The notes under the pieces: model-generated | The model's database searches: none | Told to the model about the DNA's origin: nothing | What the model saw: only the letters and a program-made list of their open reading frames with translations | Position numbers and translations under genes: made by a program | Assembly: GCA_963701965.1 (NCBI GenBank) | Contig: OY969695.1 | Coordinates: 448,001 to 512,000, forward strand | From: an uncultured Gemmatimonadales bacterium | Lineage (GTDB): Bacteria; Gemmatimonadota; Gemmatimonadetes; Gemmatimonadales; Gemmatimonadaceae | DNA: 64,000 nt | Reading direction: 5' to 3' | Shown: piece by piece, positions 13,025 through 23,970 of the stretch | Numbering within the stretch: position 1 is the first letter of the stretch | Layout of the letters: each line of letters opens with the position of its first letter

Positions 13025-13599
13025 CGCGCCCGCCTCAGCTCCCCGGCGAGCCACGCCTTGGCCGCGCGCCAATCGCGGAGGATGGTGGCTTCCGAGACCC
13101 CAATCAGGACCGCTGTCTCGCGGATGTCGAGACCGCCGAAGAAGCGGCACTCGACCATCATCGCTTGGCGCGGATGGATGCGCGCCAGTTCGTCGAGCGC
13201 GGCATCGAGCGCCACGAGATCGTCGGCTTGGGTCGCGGCGGTTTCCATCGCGTCGTCGAAGGTCACGGGCGTGACCCCTCCACCGCGTTTGAGCGCGTTC
13301 CGCCGGCGGGCCGCCTCGATGAGCACCTGGCGCATGGCACGGGCGGCGATGCGTTTGAAGTGCAACTGGGACGTCATGCCGAGCGGCGGCGAGTCCGCGA
13401 GCTTGAGCCACGCCTCGTTGACCAGCGCGGTCGGGCTGAGCGATGCGTTCGGATCATCGCGCCTCACGCTGGCCGCCAACCGGCGCAGCTCCTCGTAGGT
13501 CGCGCTGAACAGTTGATCGAGCGCGCTCTTGCCGCCCGGCGTCGTGCCAAGCTCCGCGAGGTCCAGCGGACACGTCTTCCCAGTGGTTCCGGACGCCAT
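13021..13599 (-). CDS. ECF-type RNA polymerase sigma factor (kinase-associated type)
   Basis: YEELRRLA, PTALVNEAWLKL, AMRQVLIEAAR, RFFGGL, RDWRAAKAWL. Confidence 0.9.
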   Translation of the reverse strand: MASGTTGKTCPLDLAELGTTPGGKSALDQLFSATYEELRRLAASVRRDDPNASLSPTALVNEAWLKLADSPPLGMTSQLHFKRIAARAMRQVLIEAARRRNALKRGGGVTPVTFDDAMETAATQADDLVALDAALDELARIHPRQAMMVECRFFGGLDIRETAVLIGVSEATILRDWRAAKAWLAGELRRAR

Positions 13600-13659
13600 G
13601 ACGATTATTGCCGCGGGTTCACGCACTGCACTGCAGAGCCCACCTACGGTATAACGACT

Positions 13660-13986
13660 ATGGATCTGACGCAATTCACCCTGGGCGTGACGACATCCCA
13701 GGAAGTCTTGGGAAAGCTCAAGGCCACCCATTCCACGGACGCCAATGTCCTGTTCGCGGCCAAGAGCGAGATCGCCTCTCCATTCCGGTCGCAGCGGTTT
13801 CAGGGCGGCCTTTTGTGCGTCGTGGGGGCCGTGAGCTCGATCACGATCGTCCTGGCGATCATTGGCATTCCGGTCGCGATCTTCGGTTGGTGGGTCTGGC
13901 GCCGCGGCACCAGCAACCTGGCCATCGTCGAGAGTGCCTACGCCCAATTCATGGCTTCTCGCACCGCCGCCGCCGTCGGAGCCTAG
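13660..13986 (+). CDS. Small hypothetical membrane protein
   Basis: 108 aa ORF with hydrophobic segment(s); fills the intergenic gap. Confidence 0.65.
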   Translation: MDLTQFTLGVTTSQEVLGKLKATHSTDANVLFAAKSEIASPFRSQRFQGGLLCVVGAVSSITIVLAIIGIPVAIFGWWVWRRGTSNLAIVESAYAQFMASRTAAAVGA

Positions 13987-14052
13987 CGCTCGTTTTCGTT
14001 CGCCTGCACACTTGAGGGAACCATTTTTCCCCCCTCAGGAGAAACGAAACAC

Positions 14053-14418
14053 GTGCGCAACCACTTGTTGACACTCGCTGCCTGCGCGCTCGTCGCCGTC
14101 GCCGCGCCCGCGATGCTCAAGGCGCAGGACGCGCCGCGGCACGACGATCATCCGGACCCGGCGCACCACGAGGACCACGCCGCCCCGGCGCACGATGAGC
14201 ATGCGGGCCCGGCGCATCATGACGATCACGCCGATCACCCGGATCACCCGGATCACCCCGAACACGCCGACCATCACGACGATGATGTCGTCGTGCGCTA
14301 TCGCCATGACCACCCGGGCGCGACCGCCCATTGCCACGACGGCTTCTTCACGCGCACGACGGACCGCCGCCTCGCCTGCTCCAAGCACGGCGGCATCGAG
14401 GTGTGGATCGCGCTCTAG
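14053..14418 (+). CDS. Secreted His/Asp-rich protein with C-terminal DUF3761-like domain
   Basis: Signal peptide, H/D/P-rich tract, PGATAHCHDG...CSKHGGI; GGAGA upstream. Confidence 0.75.
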   Translation: MRNHLLTLAACALVAVAAPAMLKAQDAPRHDDHPDPAHHEDHAAPAHDEHAGPAHHDDHADHPDHPDHPEHADHHDDDVVVRYRHDHPGATAHCHDGFFTRTTDRRLACSKHGGIEVWIAL

Positions 14419-14960
14419 GAGCTCGAGGCTAGGGCCGCGATCTTGAGCACGGTGTTCCAATTGCGGCCCGTGCCTCGTGTTCCGAGCTTGCCATCCAAGA
14501 GCGCGCTGGTCAGTTTCGACTCACCGGCCCCATCCGGATACACGATGTATGCGTGCCGGCCATCGCCGTGCACGCGTTCGCGCCCGGGGATGGCCGCCTG
14601 CAACGCGGCGAGGGCCTCCGGCCCCGGCGCGCTCTTGAGTACCAGGACATAGAGACGGGCGGGGTCGCGCTTGGCTTCGTCGAGGAACGGGTTGTGGTCG
14701 ACGATCGCTTGCCACTCCCGGGCCGTGCGCACGTGGAAATCGGTCGTGACGCCGAGGCGCTTCGTGCATTCGGCTTCGAGCTTTCGCTCCAGCCCCTGCG
14801 CGGTCGGCGCGCTGCTGCGGAACACCGCGTTGCCGCTCTGGAGGAGTGTCTGCACGTCGGTGTAGCCGAGCCCTGTGAGCAAGTCGCGCAGATCGGCCAT
14901 CGCGACGCGCTTGTGCGGACCGAGGTTCACGCCCCGCAACAGCCCGATGTACGTCGTCAC
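14415..14960 (-). CDS. DUF1697 domain protein
   Basis: LLRGVNLG, QSGNAVF, TGRNWNTV motifs; GTGA overlap. Confidence 0.88.
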   Translation of the reverse strand: MTTYIGLLRGVNLGPHKRVAMADLRDLLTGLGYTDVQTLLQSGNAVFRSSAPTAQGLERKLEAECTKRLGVTTDFHVRTAREWQAIVDHNPFLDEAKRDPARLYVLVLKSAPGPEALAALQAAIPGRERVHGDGRHAYIVYPDGAGESKLTSALLDGKLGTRGTGRNWNTVLKIAALASSS

Positions 14961-15679
14961 GGTGCGACCTTTCGCGCCCGGCGCACGCTCCCATCCGGAC
15001 TGCCCTGCACATAGCCGACGACGCGGCCGCTGGCGTCCCGCTCGAACACCATGAGCGGGGCCACGCCGTCCGGCGAAAACGCGCTGGAGGAGACCGGGAC
15101 GAGGTGCGCGCCCCCCGACTCCCCGGTGGCCGTCGCGACGAGCCCCTGCCCTTCCCAGTGCACGTTGTCGACAAAACCGGGGCCGATCTCGTAGTGTCCG
15201 ACGAACGCCGCAAGCGCTGCCGAGTCGAGATGTAGCGGCGCCGGGGACGTGACGACCCAGGTCTGGGAATGCTGCGCCAGGACCCAGCGGCCGGCGCGCT
15301 GTACGAACACCTCGAGGGCGACCGTTGTCCATGCCAGTTCGAAGTCCCCGCCACCCCGGCGGTCGGTCCGGCGATACGTGACCGTCGCCGTGCCGCCCAG
15401 CGCGCGGGCGTGGACGCTGTCGATCGTGTACCGCGGCGGCGGCGTCTGGAGGTGGGAGATCGCCGCCAGGAAATCCTTGGTATGCAGCGTCTGGCCGGAT
15501 GCCCCCACCACCCAATCGAGATCGTCGGTGATCGCCCGATGCACCGTCGCGGTGTCGGCCCGCGCCATCGCCTCGTACCGGGCGACGATCAGATCGTGAA
15601 ATCGGACGTCCAGATCGGACGATGGGGGGCCGGACAGGGCGCACACCGCGACGAGCCCCGCGGACAGACGCACGCTCAC
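14957..15679 (-). CDS. Secreted NTF2-like (DUF4440) domain protein
   Basis: Signal-like N-terminus, SnoaL/NTF2 pattern (VFVQRAGRW), C-terminal beta domain. Confidence 0.6.
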   Translation of the reverse strand: MSVRLSAGLVAVCALSGPPSSDLDVRFHDLIVARYEAMARADTATVHRAITDDLDWVVGASGQTLHTKDFLAAISHLQTPPPRYTIDSVHARALGGTATVTYRRTDRRGGGDFELAWTTVALEVFVQRAGRWVLAQHSQTWVVTSPAPLHLDSAALAAFVGHYEIGPGFVDNVHWEGQGLVATATGESGGAHLVPVSSSAFSPDGVAPLMVFERDASGRVVGYVQGSPDGSVRRARKVAP

Positions 15680-16218
15680 TTCACCCCGAGCAGCTCCACG
15701 TCGAACACCAGCGTCGAGTTGGGAGGGATCGGTCCGGACCCGCCCGGGCCGTAGCCAAGGTCCGGCGGGATGACGAGCGTGCGGCGCCCGCCGATTTTCA
15801 TGCCAGCGACGCCTTCATCCCAGCCCTTGATGACTTGGCCGGCGCCCAGCGCAAACTCGAACGGCTCGTTGCGGTCACGGCTGCTGTCGAACTTCGTGCC
15901 GTCCGGCAACCAACCCGTATACTGTACCGACACCGAGTGGCCCGCCTGGGCCACCGCGCCGGATCCCACTTTCACGTCGTGATAGGCCAGGCCCGAGGGC
16001 GTCTTGGTCATGGTCTTCATGTCGACCCCCAACGCCGGGGAAAAGGTTGGTGTACCGGACGTACCAGACGACAGAGACGGAGCGGCCTGCTGGTCGGACG
16101 GCTGCTGGGCAGATCCTTGCGAAGCAGAGGCTTGGTCGGCCGGGGCCTGCGCGGCACGATGCTCGCCACAGGCGAGGGTGGTGGCGGCAAGCGCCACGGC
16201 GATGAGAGTGCGTGACAT
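15676..16218 (-). CDS. FKBP-type peptidyl-prolyl isomerase, lipoprotein
   Basis: LAC lipobox; [43 protein letters not shown]. Confidence 0.93.
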   Translation of the reverse strand: MSRTLIAVALAATTLACGEHRAAQAPADQASASQGSAQQPSDQQAAPSLSSGTSGTPTFSPALGVDMKTMTKTPSGLAYHDVKVGSGAVAQAGHSVSVQYTGWLPDGTKFDSSRDRNEPFEFALGAGQVIKGWDEGVAGMKIGGRRTLVIPPDLGYGPGGSGPIPPNSTLVFDVELLGVK

Positions 16219-16269
16219 GGGCCAAATCTGTGATCCGGGTGGAACGGGCGCGAGGGGAGGCGTACTCCT

Positions 16270-17451
16270 ATGAGCATGAACGTGATGGACGATTGCCTCC
16301 CCTCGGGCGGCGCGGGTCCCCAGTCGGGCCTGCCCCCGCGGCCATCGGCGACGGTGGCCTCGCGCGTGACGGCGTTGATCCTGGTGTTCGCGGCGTTGTA
16401 CTTCGCAAGGGCATTCTTCATTCCCGTCGCCATCGCGCTCCTCCTGAGCTTCTTGTTCGGGCCGGCCGTGCGCCGGTTGGCCCGCTGGCGGATTCCCCCG
16501 GCGGCGGGTGCCGGACTGGTGCTGTCGGTGGCGGCGACGGGATGTGCTATCGCTGCCTACGAACTCTCCGCGCCCATTGACCACCTGATCGCGACGGCGC
16601 CCGCGGCTACGCGCACCGCCGCGCGGAAATGGCGCGCGCTGGCGGTGCCGATCGAGCAGATCGCGAGCGTGGCCGATGAGATCGCCGACGCGGCGCGCGT
16701 GGAGCGCGTCCACGCGCCGCCGTCCACGGTCGTCGTCCAGGGGCCGAGCGTGAGCAGCCGCGTGTTCGGCACGACCGAGGTCTTGGTCGCCAGCACCGTG
16801 GAAGTGATCGTCCTCCTCTACTCGCTCCTGGCCGTCGGCGATGTCCTGCTCCTCCGGGTCGTGCACGCGATTCCCCAATGCCGGGATCGCGAGCGCATCA
16901 TCGGCATCGCGCGCGCGGCCCAGCGATCGGTTTCGGCGTATCTCATTCTCACGGCGGTGATCAACGTGAGCGAGGGCTTGCTGGTCGCGGGTGCGCTGGC
17001 CGCCATTGGGATGCCGACGCCGCTGCTGTGGGGCACGTTGGTCGCTGTCGCCGAGTTCATTCCGTACATTGGGATGTTCGCCATGCTCGGTGTCCTGGCG
17101 ATCGCGGGGGTCACGGCGTTTCCGAGCCTCCCCCATGCGCTGCTCGCCCCGGCCGCCTACCTCGCCATCAATTTCGTCCAAGGCAACATTGTCACGCCGA
17201 TCGTCATGAGCCGGCGCCTGACGCTCAACCCCGTGGCCATCTTCATATCCCTGGGGCTCTGGTGGTGGCTGTGGGGCATCGCCGGCGCATTTCTGTCCGT
17301 GCCGATGTTGGCGGGGTTCAAGATCGTCTGCGACCACGTCGACGCCCTGGCCCCACTCGGAGCTTTGGTCGGCGACGCACGCGATGTCGAGGATCGGACG
17401 GCTGGCGTCCAACCCGCTCCCGCGCTCCGCGCGGAGCGCGTGGTGCCGTGA
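16270..17451 (+). CDS. AI-2E family transporter
   Basis: Multiple TM helices; FIPYIG, QGNIVTP, LNP and [11 protein letters not shown] motifs. Confidence 0.88.
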   Translation: MSMNVMDDCLPSGGAGPQSGLPPRPSATVASRVTALILVFAALYFARAFFIPVAIALLLSFLFGPAVRRLARWRIPPAAGAGLVLSVAATGCAIAAYELSAPIDHLIATAPAATRTAARKWRALAVPIEQIASVADEIADAARVERVHAPPSTVVVQGPSVSSRVFGTTEVLVASTVEVIVLLYSLLAVGDVLLLRVVHAIPQCRDRERIIGIARAAQRSVSAYLILTAVINVSEGLLVAGALAAIGMPTPLLWGTLVAVAEFIPYIGMFAMLGVLAIAGVTAFPSLPHALLAPAAYLAINFVQGNIVTPIVMSRRLTLNPVAIFISLGLWWWLWGIAGAFLSVPMLAGFKIVCDHVDALAPLGALVGDARDVEDRTAGVQPAPALRAERVVP

Positions 17452-17721
17452 TCCGCGTCCTGGGGCTGCACCACGTCACCACGATCGCCGGCGACCCGCA
17501 ACGCAACATCGATTTCTATACGGGCATTCTTGGGCTCCGTCTCGTCAAGCGCACGGTCAACTTCGACGATCCGCAGACCTACCATTTGTACTACGGGGAC
17601 GAGGCCGGGACTCCGGCCACCGGATCACCTCGGCGAACGGCTGATGTTGCCGCCCCAATACGAGCCCGACCGTGAGGGCATCGAGGCGGTGCGTCCACCG
17701 ATCCATTACAATGCGGGATGA
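17448..17721 (+). pseudogene. Ring-cleaving dioxygenase (VOC/glyoxalase family) remnant with large internal deletion
   Basis: N-terminus [19 protein letters not shown]...KRTVNFDDP.TYHLYYGD joined out of frame to family C-terminus LGERLMLPPQYEPDREGIE. Confidence 0.8.
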
Positions 17722-18323
17722 CTTCCCCGATCTCGCGTGGCTTCCGGGGTCGCCGCCCGACGGTTGATCCGGGGCGCATTCCCCCGGGCCAGTACGTGAC
17801 GCCCGATTCCCCCGTTCTATCTGCCGGGCCGACGCCGCGCACGCCGCTGCCCCAGTGGAGCTTCACGATCCGGGGCGCGGTGACATCGCCGGCATCCTGG
17901 ACCTGGGAGCAGTTTCTCGCGCTGCCCAACGAGAAGATCACCGTCGACATTCATTGCGTGACGAAGTGGTCGAAGTTGGACACCAAGTGGATTGGCGTGT
18001 CGCTCGACGTACTGCTCGGCCACGTCGAGACGACCGCGGGGTACGCATTGGCATGGAGTGACGGCGGATACACGACCAACGTTCCCGTCGCCGACCTGAC
18101 GGGCGGAAAAGCGTGGGTGGCGACGACCTACGACGAATCCCCGCTGCATCCCGAGCACGGCGGCCCCGCGCGTCTCTTGATCCCGCACCTGTACTTTTGG
18201 AAAAGCGCCAAGTGGGTGCGCGGGATCGAGCTCCGCGCGGATGATACGCCGGGCTTCTGGGAGACCTACGGCTACCATAACCGCGGCGACCCGTGGAAAG
18301 AGCAACGATATCGCGGCGACTGA
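17718..18323 (+). CDS. Sulfite oxidase-like molybdopterin oxidoreductase
   Basis: PPGQY, DIHCVTKWS, EHGGPARL, YFWKSAKW, GFWE..GYH..GDPW. Confidence 0.9.
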   Translation: MTSPISRGFRGRRPTVDPGRIPPGQYVTPDSPVLSAGPTPRTPLPQWSFTIRGAVTSPASWTWEQFLALPNEKITVDIHCVTKWSKLDTKWIGVSLDVLLGHVETTAGYALAWSDGGYTTNVPVADLTGGKAWVATTYDESPLHPEHGGPARLLIPHLYFWKSAKWVRGIELRADDTPGFWETYGYHNRGDPWKEQRYRGD

Positions 18324-19051
18324 GCTGGCAGCGCGCCACGGTTGCCGAAATCCGCAACGAAACGGCGCGCGTCCACAGCATCATCCTCGACGTCCCGAAC
18401 TGGGCCGGCCATCTCGCTGGCCAACATGTCGACATTCGCTTGACGGCCGAGGACGGCTACCAGGCCGAGCGGAGCTATTCGATCGCGTCGGCGCCGGAGG
18501 ACGAGCGTCTGATGCTCACCGTGGAGCGCCTCGCCAACGGCGAGGTGTCGCCCTATCTCTTCGACGACCTGCGCGTCGGCGACCCGCTGGAGCTGCGGGG
18601 GCCGATCGGTGAATACTTCGTGTGGACCGCGTCCCTCGGCGGACCGATCCTCCTCGTGGCCGGGGGCTCGGGGATTGTGCCCTTTCGGTCCATCCTCAGG
18701 CATCGGCAGGTCACGGGTAGCACGATTCCTGCGCGGCTCCTGTACTCCGCGCGCGCGCTCCCCGAAGTCATCTATGGCGACGAGTTGGCCGGGCTCGCCG
18801 ACGTACGACTGACGTTGACCCGCCAGCAACCGGAGGGTTGGACAGGGTACCGCCGGCGCATCGACCACGCACTGCTCTCCGAGATCACGTGGCCGTTTAG
18901 CGAACGACCGCTGACCTACATCTGCGGTCCGAACGATTTCGTCGAGACAGCGGCGAGCACGCTCGTGCAGCTCGGGCACGACGCGACGCGCATCAGGACC
19001 GAGCGATTCGGGCCTACCGGCCAGACCGGTACGCTCCAGGAGGCACGATGA
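18293..19051 (+). CDS. Ferredoxin reductase family FAD/NAD oxidoreductase
   Basis: RSYSIAS, GEVS, AGGSGIVP, YICGP, TERFG. Confidence 0.9.
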   Translation: MERATISRRLSWQRATVAEIRNETARVHSIILDVPNWAGHLAGQHVDIRLTAEDGYQAERSYSIASAPEDERLMLTVERLANGEVSPYLFDDLRVGDPLELRGPIGEYFVWTASLGGPILLVAGGSGIVPFRSILRHRQVTGSTIPARLLYSARALPEVIYGDELAGLADVRLTLTRQQPEGWTGYRRRIDHALLSEITWPFSERPLTYICGPNDFVETAASTLVQLGHDATRIRTERFGPTGQTGTLQEAR

Positions 19052-19548
19052 GCCCCAAGAATCACGCCATGATCGAGGTGTCGACGGATCTCAAAGGCGA
19101 CGCGGTCGCCGATATCACCGACGCGCTGCGGCCGTTGCTGGCCGATGTGTTCGCCCTCTATGTCAAGACCAAGAATTTCCATTGGCATATGAGCGGACGC
19201 CATTTCCGCGATTACCATCTGCTGCTCGATGAGCAGAGCGACCAAATCTTCGCGATGACCGACCCCATCGCCGAGCGCGCGCGCAAGCTGGGAGGGACGA
19301 CGATCCGGTCCATCGGCGACATCGCCAAGCACCAGCGGCTCAAGGACAACAACGAGGACAACGTCGCGCCCGGCGACATGCTGAGCGAGCTGCGCGACGA
19401 CAATCTGGAGCTGACGCGATCCTTGCGCGCCGTCCACGAGGTCTGCGACCGGCATGATGACGTGGCGACGGCGAGCCTCATCGAGGTGTGGATCGACGAG
19501 ACGGAGCGCCGGCACTGGTTCTTGTCGGAAACCGTGGGCGACCAATAA
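19048..19548 (+). CDS. dps: DNA starvation/stationary-phase protection protein Dps
   Basis: KTKNFHWHMSG.HF.DYH, D.IAER, ETERRHWFL. Confidence 0.93.
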   Translation: MSPKNHAMIEVSTDLKGDAVADITDALRPLLADVFALYVKTKNFHWHMSGRHFRDYHLLLDEQSDQIFAMTDPIAERARKLGGTTIRSIGDIAKHQRLKDNNEDNVAPGDMLSELRDDNLELTRSLRAVHEVCDRHDDVATASLIEVWIDETERRHWFLSETVGDQ

Positions 19549-19683
19549 GACATATGGCAAGCCGTACCACGTGCCAGTTCTGGCAGCGCGCCCGCCCCGG
19601 CATGCCGGGCAATTGGCCCCATCCCACTGGTCGTTTACCCCACGTCCCTTGGGTGGACGGGCGGCGGGAACGCAAGATAGATC

Positions 19684-19890
19684 ATGACTTATCTCGGCAC
19701 CCGAGTGAAGACGTTACGCGATGCAAAGAAGTGGACGCAGCAGGAGCTGGCCGCCGAGAGCGGCATCTCGGTGACGACGATCTCGCGCTACGAGAACGAG
19801 CGCGTCACGATGTTCTCGGCCAAGGTCCTCGACCGACTCGCTTCCGCTTTGGACGTGGACCCTGGGCTCCTGCTCGTCAAGATGAGGTAG
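19684..19890 (+). CDS. XRE-family HTH regulator
   Basis: WTQQELAAESGISVTTISRYE. Confidence 0.85.
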   Translation: MTYLGTRVKTLRDAKKWTQQELAAESGISVTTISRYENERVTMFSAKVLDRLASALDVDPGLLLVKMR

Positions 19891-19906
19891 CGCGGGGTCG
19901 GTCCCT

Positions 19907-20992
19907 ATGAGCCGGTGGAACGCGACCGGCGTCACCCAGCGGTTGGGGATCGACTACCCGATCATCCAGGGACCGTTTGGCGGGGGCGGCTCTACGCCAG
20001 CGCTCGCGGCGGCCGTGTCCAATGCCGGCGGCCTCGGCTCGTTCGGCGCATTGGCGAGCGCGCCGGACGAGATCGGGACGATCGCGCGCGACATTCGCGC
20101 CCTCACATCGAAGCCGTTCGCCATCAACCTGTGGGTGTCGACGTACGACGCCGCCGCCCTCACGGCCGACCGGGACGCGTATGCGCGCGCCGCGGATGCG
20201 CTCCGTCCGTTCTTCGATGAAGTCGGTGCCGTCCCGCCGGACTTTCCGACGGGCGTCGGCCTCGCGTTCGAGGATCAAGCGCGCGCGGTGATCGACGCCG
20301 CTCCCGCGGTGTTCAGCTTCATCGTCGGTGTCCCGTCCCGGGCGATCCTCAATGAGTGCCGGCGAAAAGGCATTGTCACGCTGGGCACGGCCACGACGCC
20401 CGCCGAGGCGGTGGCCTTGGAGACGGCCGGAGTGGATCTCATCGTGGCATCGGGCTTCGAGGCGGGCGGGCATCGCGGCTCGTTTTTGGCGGCGGCCGAG
20501 CAGTCGCTTACTGGCACATTCGCCCTGGTGCCACAGGTGGCGGACGCGGTCCGTGTCCCGGTCATCGCCGCCGGCGGCATCGGCGACGCGCGCGGGATCG
20601 TCGCCGCGTTGACCCTCGGCGCACAAGGCGTGCAAATGGGCACGGCGTTTCTGGCATGCGACGAGTCTGGCGCCTCGCCGTTGCACAGGGCCGCCCTCTT
20701 TGGCGATCTCGGTCGGCAGACGGGCCTCACGACCAAGTTCACCGGGCGGCTGGCGCGCGGCATCCGGAACCGCCTAATGGACGAGATGGCGGGCGATCGC
20801 TTCGTGGCGATGCCCTATCCGATTCAGCGGGGGCTCATGCGCCCGCTGGCGGTGGCTGCCGGGGCGCTTGGGCGCACGGATCTCATGACCTTGTGGGCCG
20901 GGCAGGCCGCGCATTTGGTGCGGCACCGCACGGTGGCGACCCTGATGGCGACCTTGGTCGCCGACGCCGACCGGCTTACGCGAGCGCGTTGA
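19907..20992 (+). CDS. Nitronate monooxygenase family flavin oxidoreductase
   Basis: PIIQGP, EAGGHRG, AAGGI.D, GVQMGTAFL, LWAGQ. Confidence 0.9.
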   Translation: MSRWNATGVTQRLGIDYPIIQGPFGGGGSTPALAAAVSNAGGLGSFGALASAPDEIGTIARDIRALTSKPFAINLWVSTYDAAALTADRDAYARAADALRPFFDEVGAVPPDFPTGVGLAFEDQARAVIDAAPAVFSFIVGVPSRAILNECRRKGIVTLGTATTPAEAVALETAGVDLIVASGFEAGGHRGSFLAAAEQSLTGTFALVPQVADAVRVPVIAAGGIGDARGIVAALTLGAQGVQMGTAFLACDESGASPLHRAALFGDLGRQTGLTTKFTGRLARGIRNRLMDEMAGDRFVAMPYPIQRGLMRPLAVAAGALGRTDLMTLWAGQAAHLVRHRTVATLMATLVADADRLTRAR

Positions 20993-22232
20993 GGAGCGCG
21001 TCGATGTCGGCGTCGTCGTTGTACAACGACGGCGAGACGCGCATCATGTGCCCTTCGACTTTGACCACGACGTTGGCTTGCGTGAGTCGGCGCTCCGCGG
21101 TCTCCGGATCTTTCACGACGAACGAGACGATCTGCAATGTCGTCTCGGGCGGCGTCAGAGGGGGATAGCGGCGGGAGAGCGCCTGCTGCACGCGTCGCGC
21201 CAGCGCGAGATTGTGCGCGTGCACATTGGCGACGCCGTAGTCCTTCAAGAATGCGAGCGAGTGCGCCAGGGCCGCGGCGGTCGTCGACGAGACCGTGCCG
21301 ACCTCGAAGTGCCCCGGCACGCCCGCGATCGGCTTCCACGTGGCCGGCGTCTCGGCCGGTGTGTCGCCCGGCAAGAAGTGCGTCTCGAACTCGCTGTACT
21401 GGCGGAAGCTGTATTGCGTGCGGTGGACCACCGCATCGATCAGGTCTTCGCGTACGTACAGAAAGCCCAGGCCGAAATCCCCCATGAGCCACTTGTAGCT
21501 CGACGACGCCAGACAGTCGATCCCCGTCGCCCGGACATCGATCGGGATGGCCCCGGCGGCCTGCACGGCATCGGCGTAGACGATCGCGCCGTGCGCGTGG
21601 GCGAGATCGCAGATCGCCTTGAGGTCGTGTTGGAAGCCGTTGATGTAGGAGACGAGGGACAGGGCGACGAGCTTCGTGTTCTTGTCGATCAAGCGCTCCA
21701 TGTCTTCGACGCGTATGCGCCAGTCGCGCGGCATCGCCATGCGGAAGTCGAGGCCTTGGGCCTGGAGGGACCGGTACAGATACGTCGATCCCTCGAAGTG
21801 CAGCCCGTCCGACACGACGTTGCCGCCGCTCTTGGGGAGGCCCAGGCCCGCGACGATCAGATTCTCGGCGGCCGTGGTGCTCGGCACGTAGCTGATCTCG
21901 GCCGGCTTCGCGTTGATCATCTCGGCGAACAGGCCGCGCACGCGCTCGTCGATGCCGTTGGCTGTCACGCCCAGACCCGGCGACGCGGTCGGCGCGGGTG
22001 GCGCCGGCGGGGATCCACGGACCCGGCGTTCCATGTAGGTCTCGATGGCGCGTTGGGCCGAGAGGCTCATGGGGTGGACCGCGGCGTTATTGAGATAGAT
22101 GCGCGTGGCGGCCATCGGGAAGTCGTCGCGGACCGAGGCCGGCGTAAGGGCGTCCAAGCCTCGCGTAGGATCGATCGCTGACGCGACCAGGACACGACCG
22201 GCTCTCGCGAGCCAATCGCGTCGGGTGCTCAT
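20976..22232 (-). CDS. Class V PLP-dependent aminotransferase/desulfurase-like protein, Tat signal
   Basis: MSTRRDWL twin-arginine leader; YLNNAA, DAVQAAG, SSYKWLMG, RVSPSLYN. Confidence 0.88.
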   Translation of the reverse strand: MSTRRDWLARAGRVLVASAIDPTRGLDALTPASVRDDFPMAATRIYLNNAAVHPMSLSAQRAIETYMERRVRGSPPAPPAPTASPGLGVTANGIDERVRGLFAEMINAKPAEISYVPSTTAAENLIVAGLGLPKSGGNVVSDGLHFEGSTYLYRSLQAQGLDFRMAMPRDWRIRVEDMERLIDKNTKLVALSLVSYINGFQHDLKAICDLAHAHGAIVYADAVQAAGAIPIDVRATGIDCLASSSYKWLMGDFGLGFLYVREDLIDAVVHRTQYSFRQYSEFETHFLPGDTPAETPATWKPIAGVPGHFEVGTVSSTTAAALAHSLAFLKDYGVANVHAHNLALARRVQQALSRRYPPLTPPETTLQIVSFVVKDPETAERRLTQANVVVKVEGHMMRVSPSLYNDDADIDALLNALA

Positions 22233-23970
22233 TGGGGGTCCACGTGCAGGACCGCCATCATGCCGGACCCAGAGATGCTCGGCGATGTGACAGTGGAGCA
22301 TCCAGGCGCCGGGGTTCGACGCGTCGATCAGGAGATCGACCGTCGACCCACGGGGATGATCGCCGTGTCCTTCCACACGAGATTCTTCGTCGGGCACGCC
22401 GTCGCGCGACGACGACGAGCATCCGCTGGCCGTGCAGATGGATCGGGTGCTGCATCGGGTGGAACGACATCGGATCGTTGAAGATCCGGAGCTTGACCAT
22501 CGACCCCCGCTTCACGTGCCAGTCGATGTCCATGTTCTCCTTGCCTGACGCCTCGTCGCGGATGATCCACGTGGACCTGATTGGCTCGTCGACAGCCAGT
22601 TCATGTCCGGCATCCCGTCGACCCATTCGACGGGTGCGAAGTACGCCGTATCGACGTTCATGAACTGCACCGTGGCCAGCGGCAGGCCTGCCGTCGCGCA
22701 CCGTCAGCCTGAGCGTCTTGTCGGGCGGCCGATCGAATGCCGGGCGGAACGCTCGATGTCGCGTCGTGACCGCGGCGTTCTGCGCGGAGCGTCGCGAACT
22801 GCTTCGCGTAGTCCGGCGTGGCCGGCGCGGTGCCGACCGTCACGTGCCAAGCGTGTCGACCTCCGGCGCGAACTCGCCGCGTGAAGTGATTGATCGCCTG
22901 CACCGCGTTGACCAGCGCGTACCGGCCCGGCGTGCGGGAACCGCACCTCGACGATGTAGCGCTCGGCCGGCGCGAGGACGACGCTCGGCACCCGTTCTTC
23001 GCGCTCGAACCGGCTCACGTCCGACGCGACGACTTTGATCGGGCGCGTCGCCGAACGACACGTTGTACGTGCGCGAGCTCGAGACGTTGGTGAGGAAGAA
23101 CCGGACGACGTCGCCCTTCGCCGCGTGCAGCGCATAGCGCGGCTCGCCGTTGACGAGCAGCATGTTGCCCGACGCGGCCCATCAGCGCGAAGTCCGGGCT
23201 CCTCCTTGCCGAACGGGATCAGCGTGTCCGCCGTTGACTGAGCAGATCGTCGAGCATCAGCACTTCCTCGCGGTTCACCGGCGAGTAGTAGTCCTTGTCC
23301 GGCGAGTCGACGAGCATGTTGCCGAAGAGGCCCATCGCCTGCTCGATGTCTTCGCGCACGTGCGGGTGATACCAGTAGATCCCCGCGTCCGGGAAAGTGC
23401 ACGTGATAGACGTAGCTGCCGCCCGCCGGCACGGCCTCCTGCGTCAGCCCCGGCACGCCGTCGAGGCGTTGTTCTCCAGCCGCACGCCGTGCCAGTGCAC
23501 GGCGCTCGGCAGATCGATCCGATTGTGAAAGCGAACGGTGATCGTCGCGTTCTGCGGCACGCGGATGAGCGGGCCCGGGACCTGGCCGTTGAACCCGTAC
23601 ATCGTGAACGCGTGCCCGTCGATCGTGCGCCGCACGAGCATCGCGGTGAGATCGAGCGTGTCGCCGTCGTGCATAGCGGCACGAGCTGCGGCGGCTTGGC
23701 GGCCGGGATCGCTGGCGGCGTCGACGCCCGCGCCCGGCATGAAGAGTCGTCCGCTGGCGGCGTCAAGCCGACGAGCCCCGGGATCATCGGCATGCCCGCC
23801 GGCATCGGGATCGGCATCGACATGCCGCATGTCGGTCGTGCGGACATGCCTTTCATCGCCCGACATTCCGTTCATGCCGGCCATGCCGGCATCTGCGCGG
23901 CGGCGTAGTGCGCTTGCGCCGCGGCAGATGCCGCCGCCGAGCGAATGCCATCGCCAACCGACCGCGTCAT
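22229..23970 (-). pseudogene. Multicopper oxidase, multiply frameshifted (possibly sequence error)
   Basis: Fragments in different frames: NGQVPGP, VHWHG, HPIHLHGQ, WMLHCHIAEH; Met-rich N-terminal region; start approximate. Confidence 0.8.
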
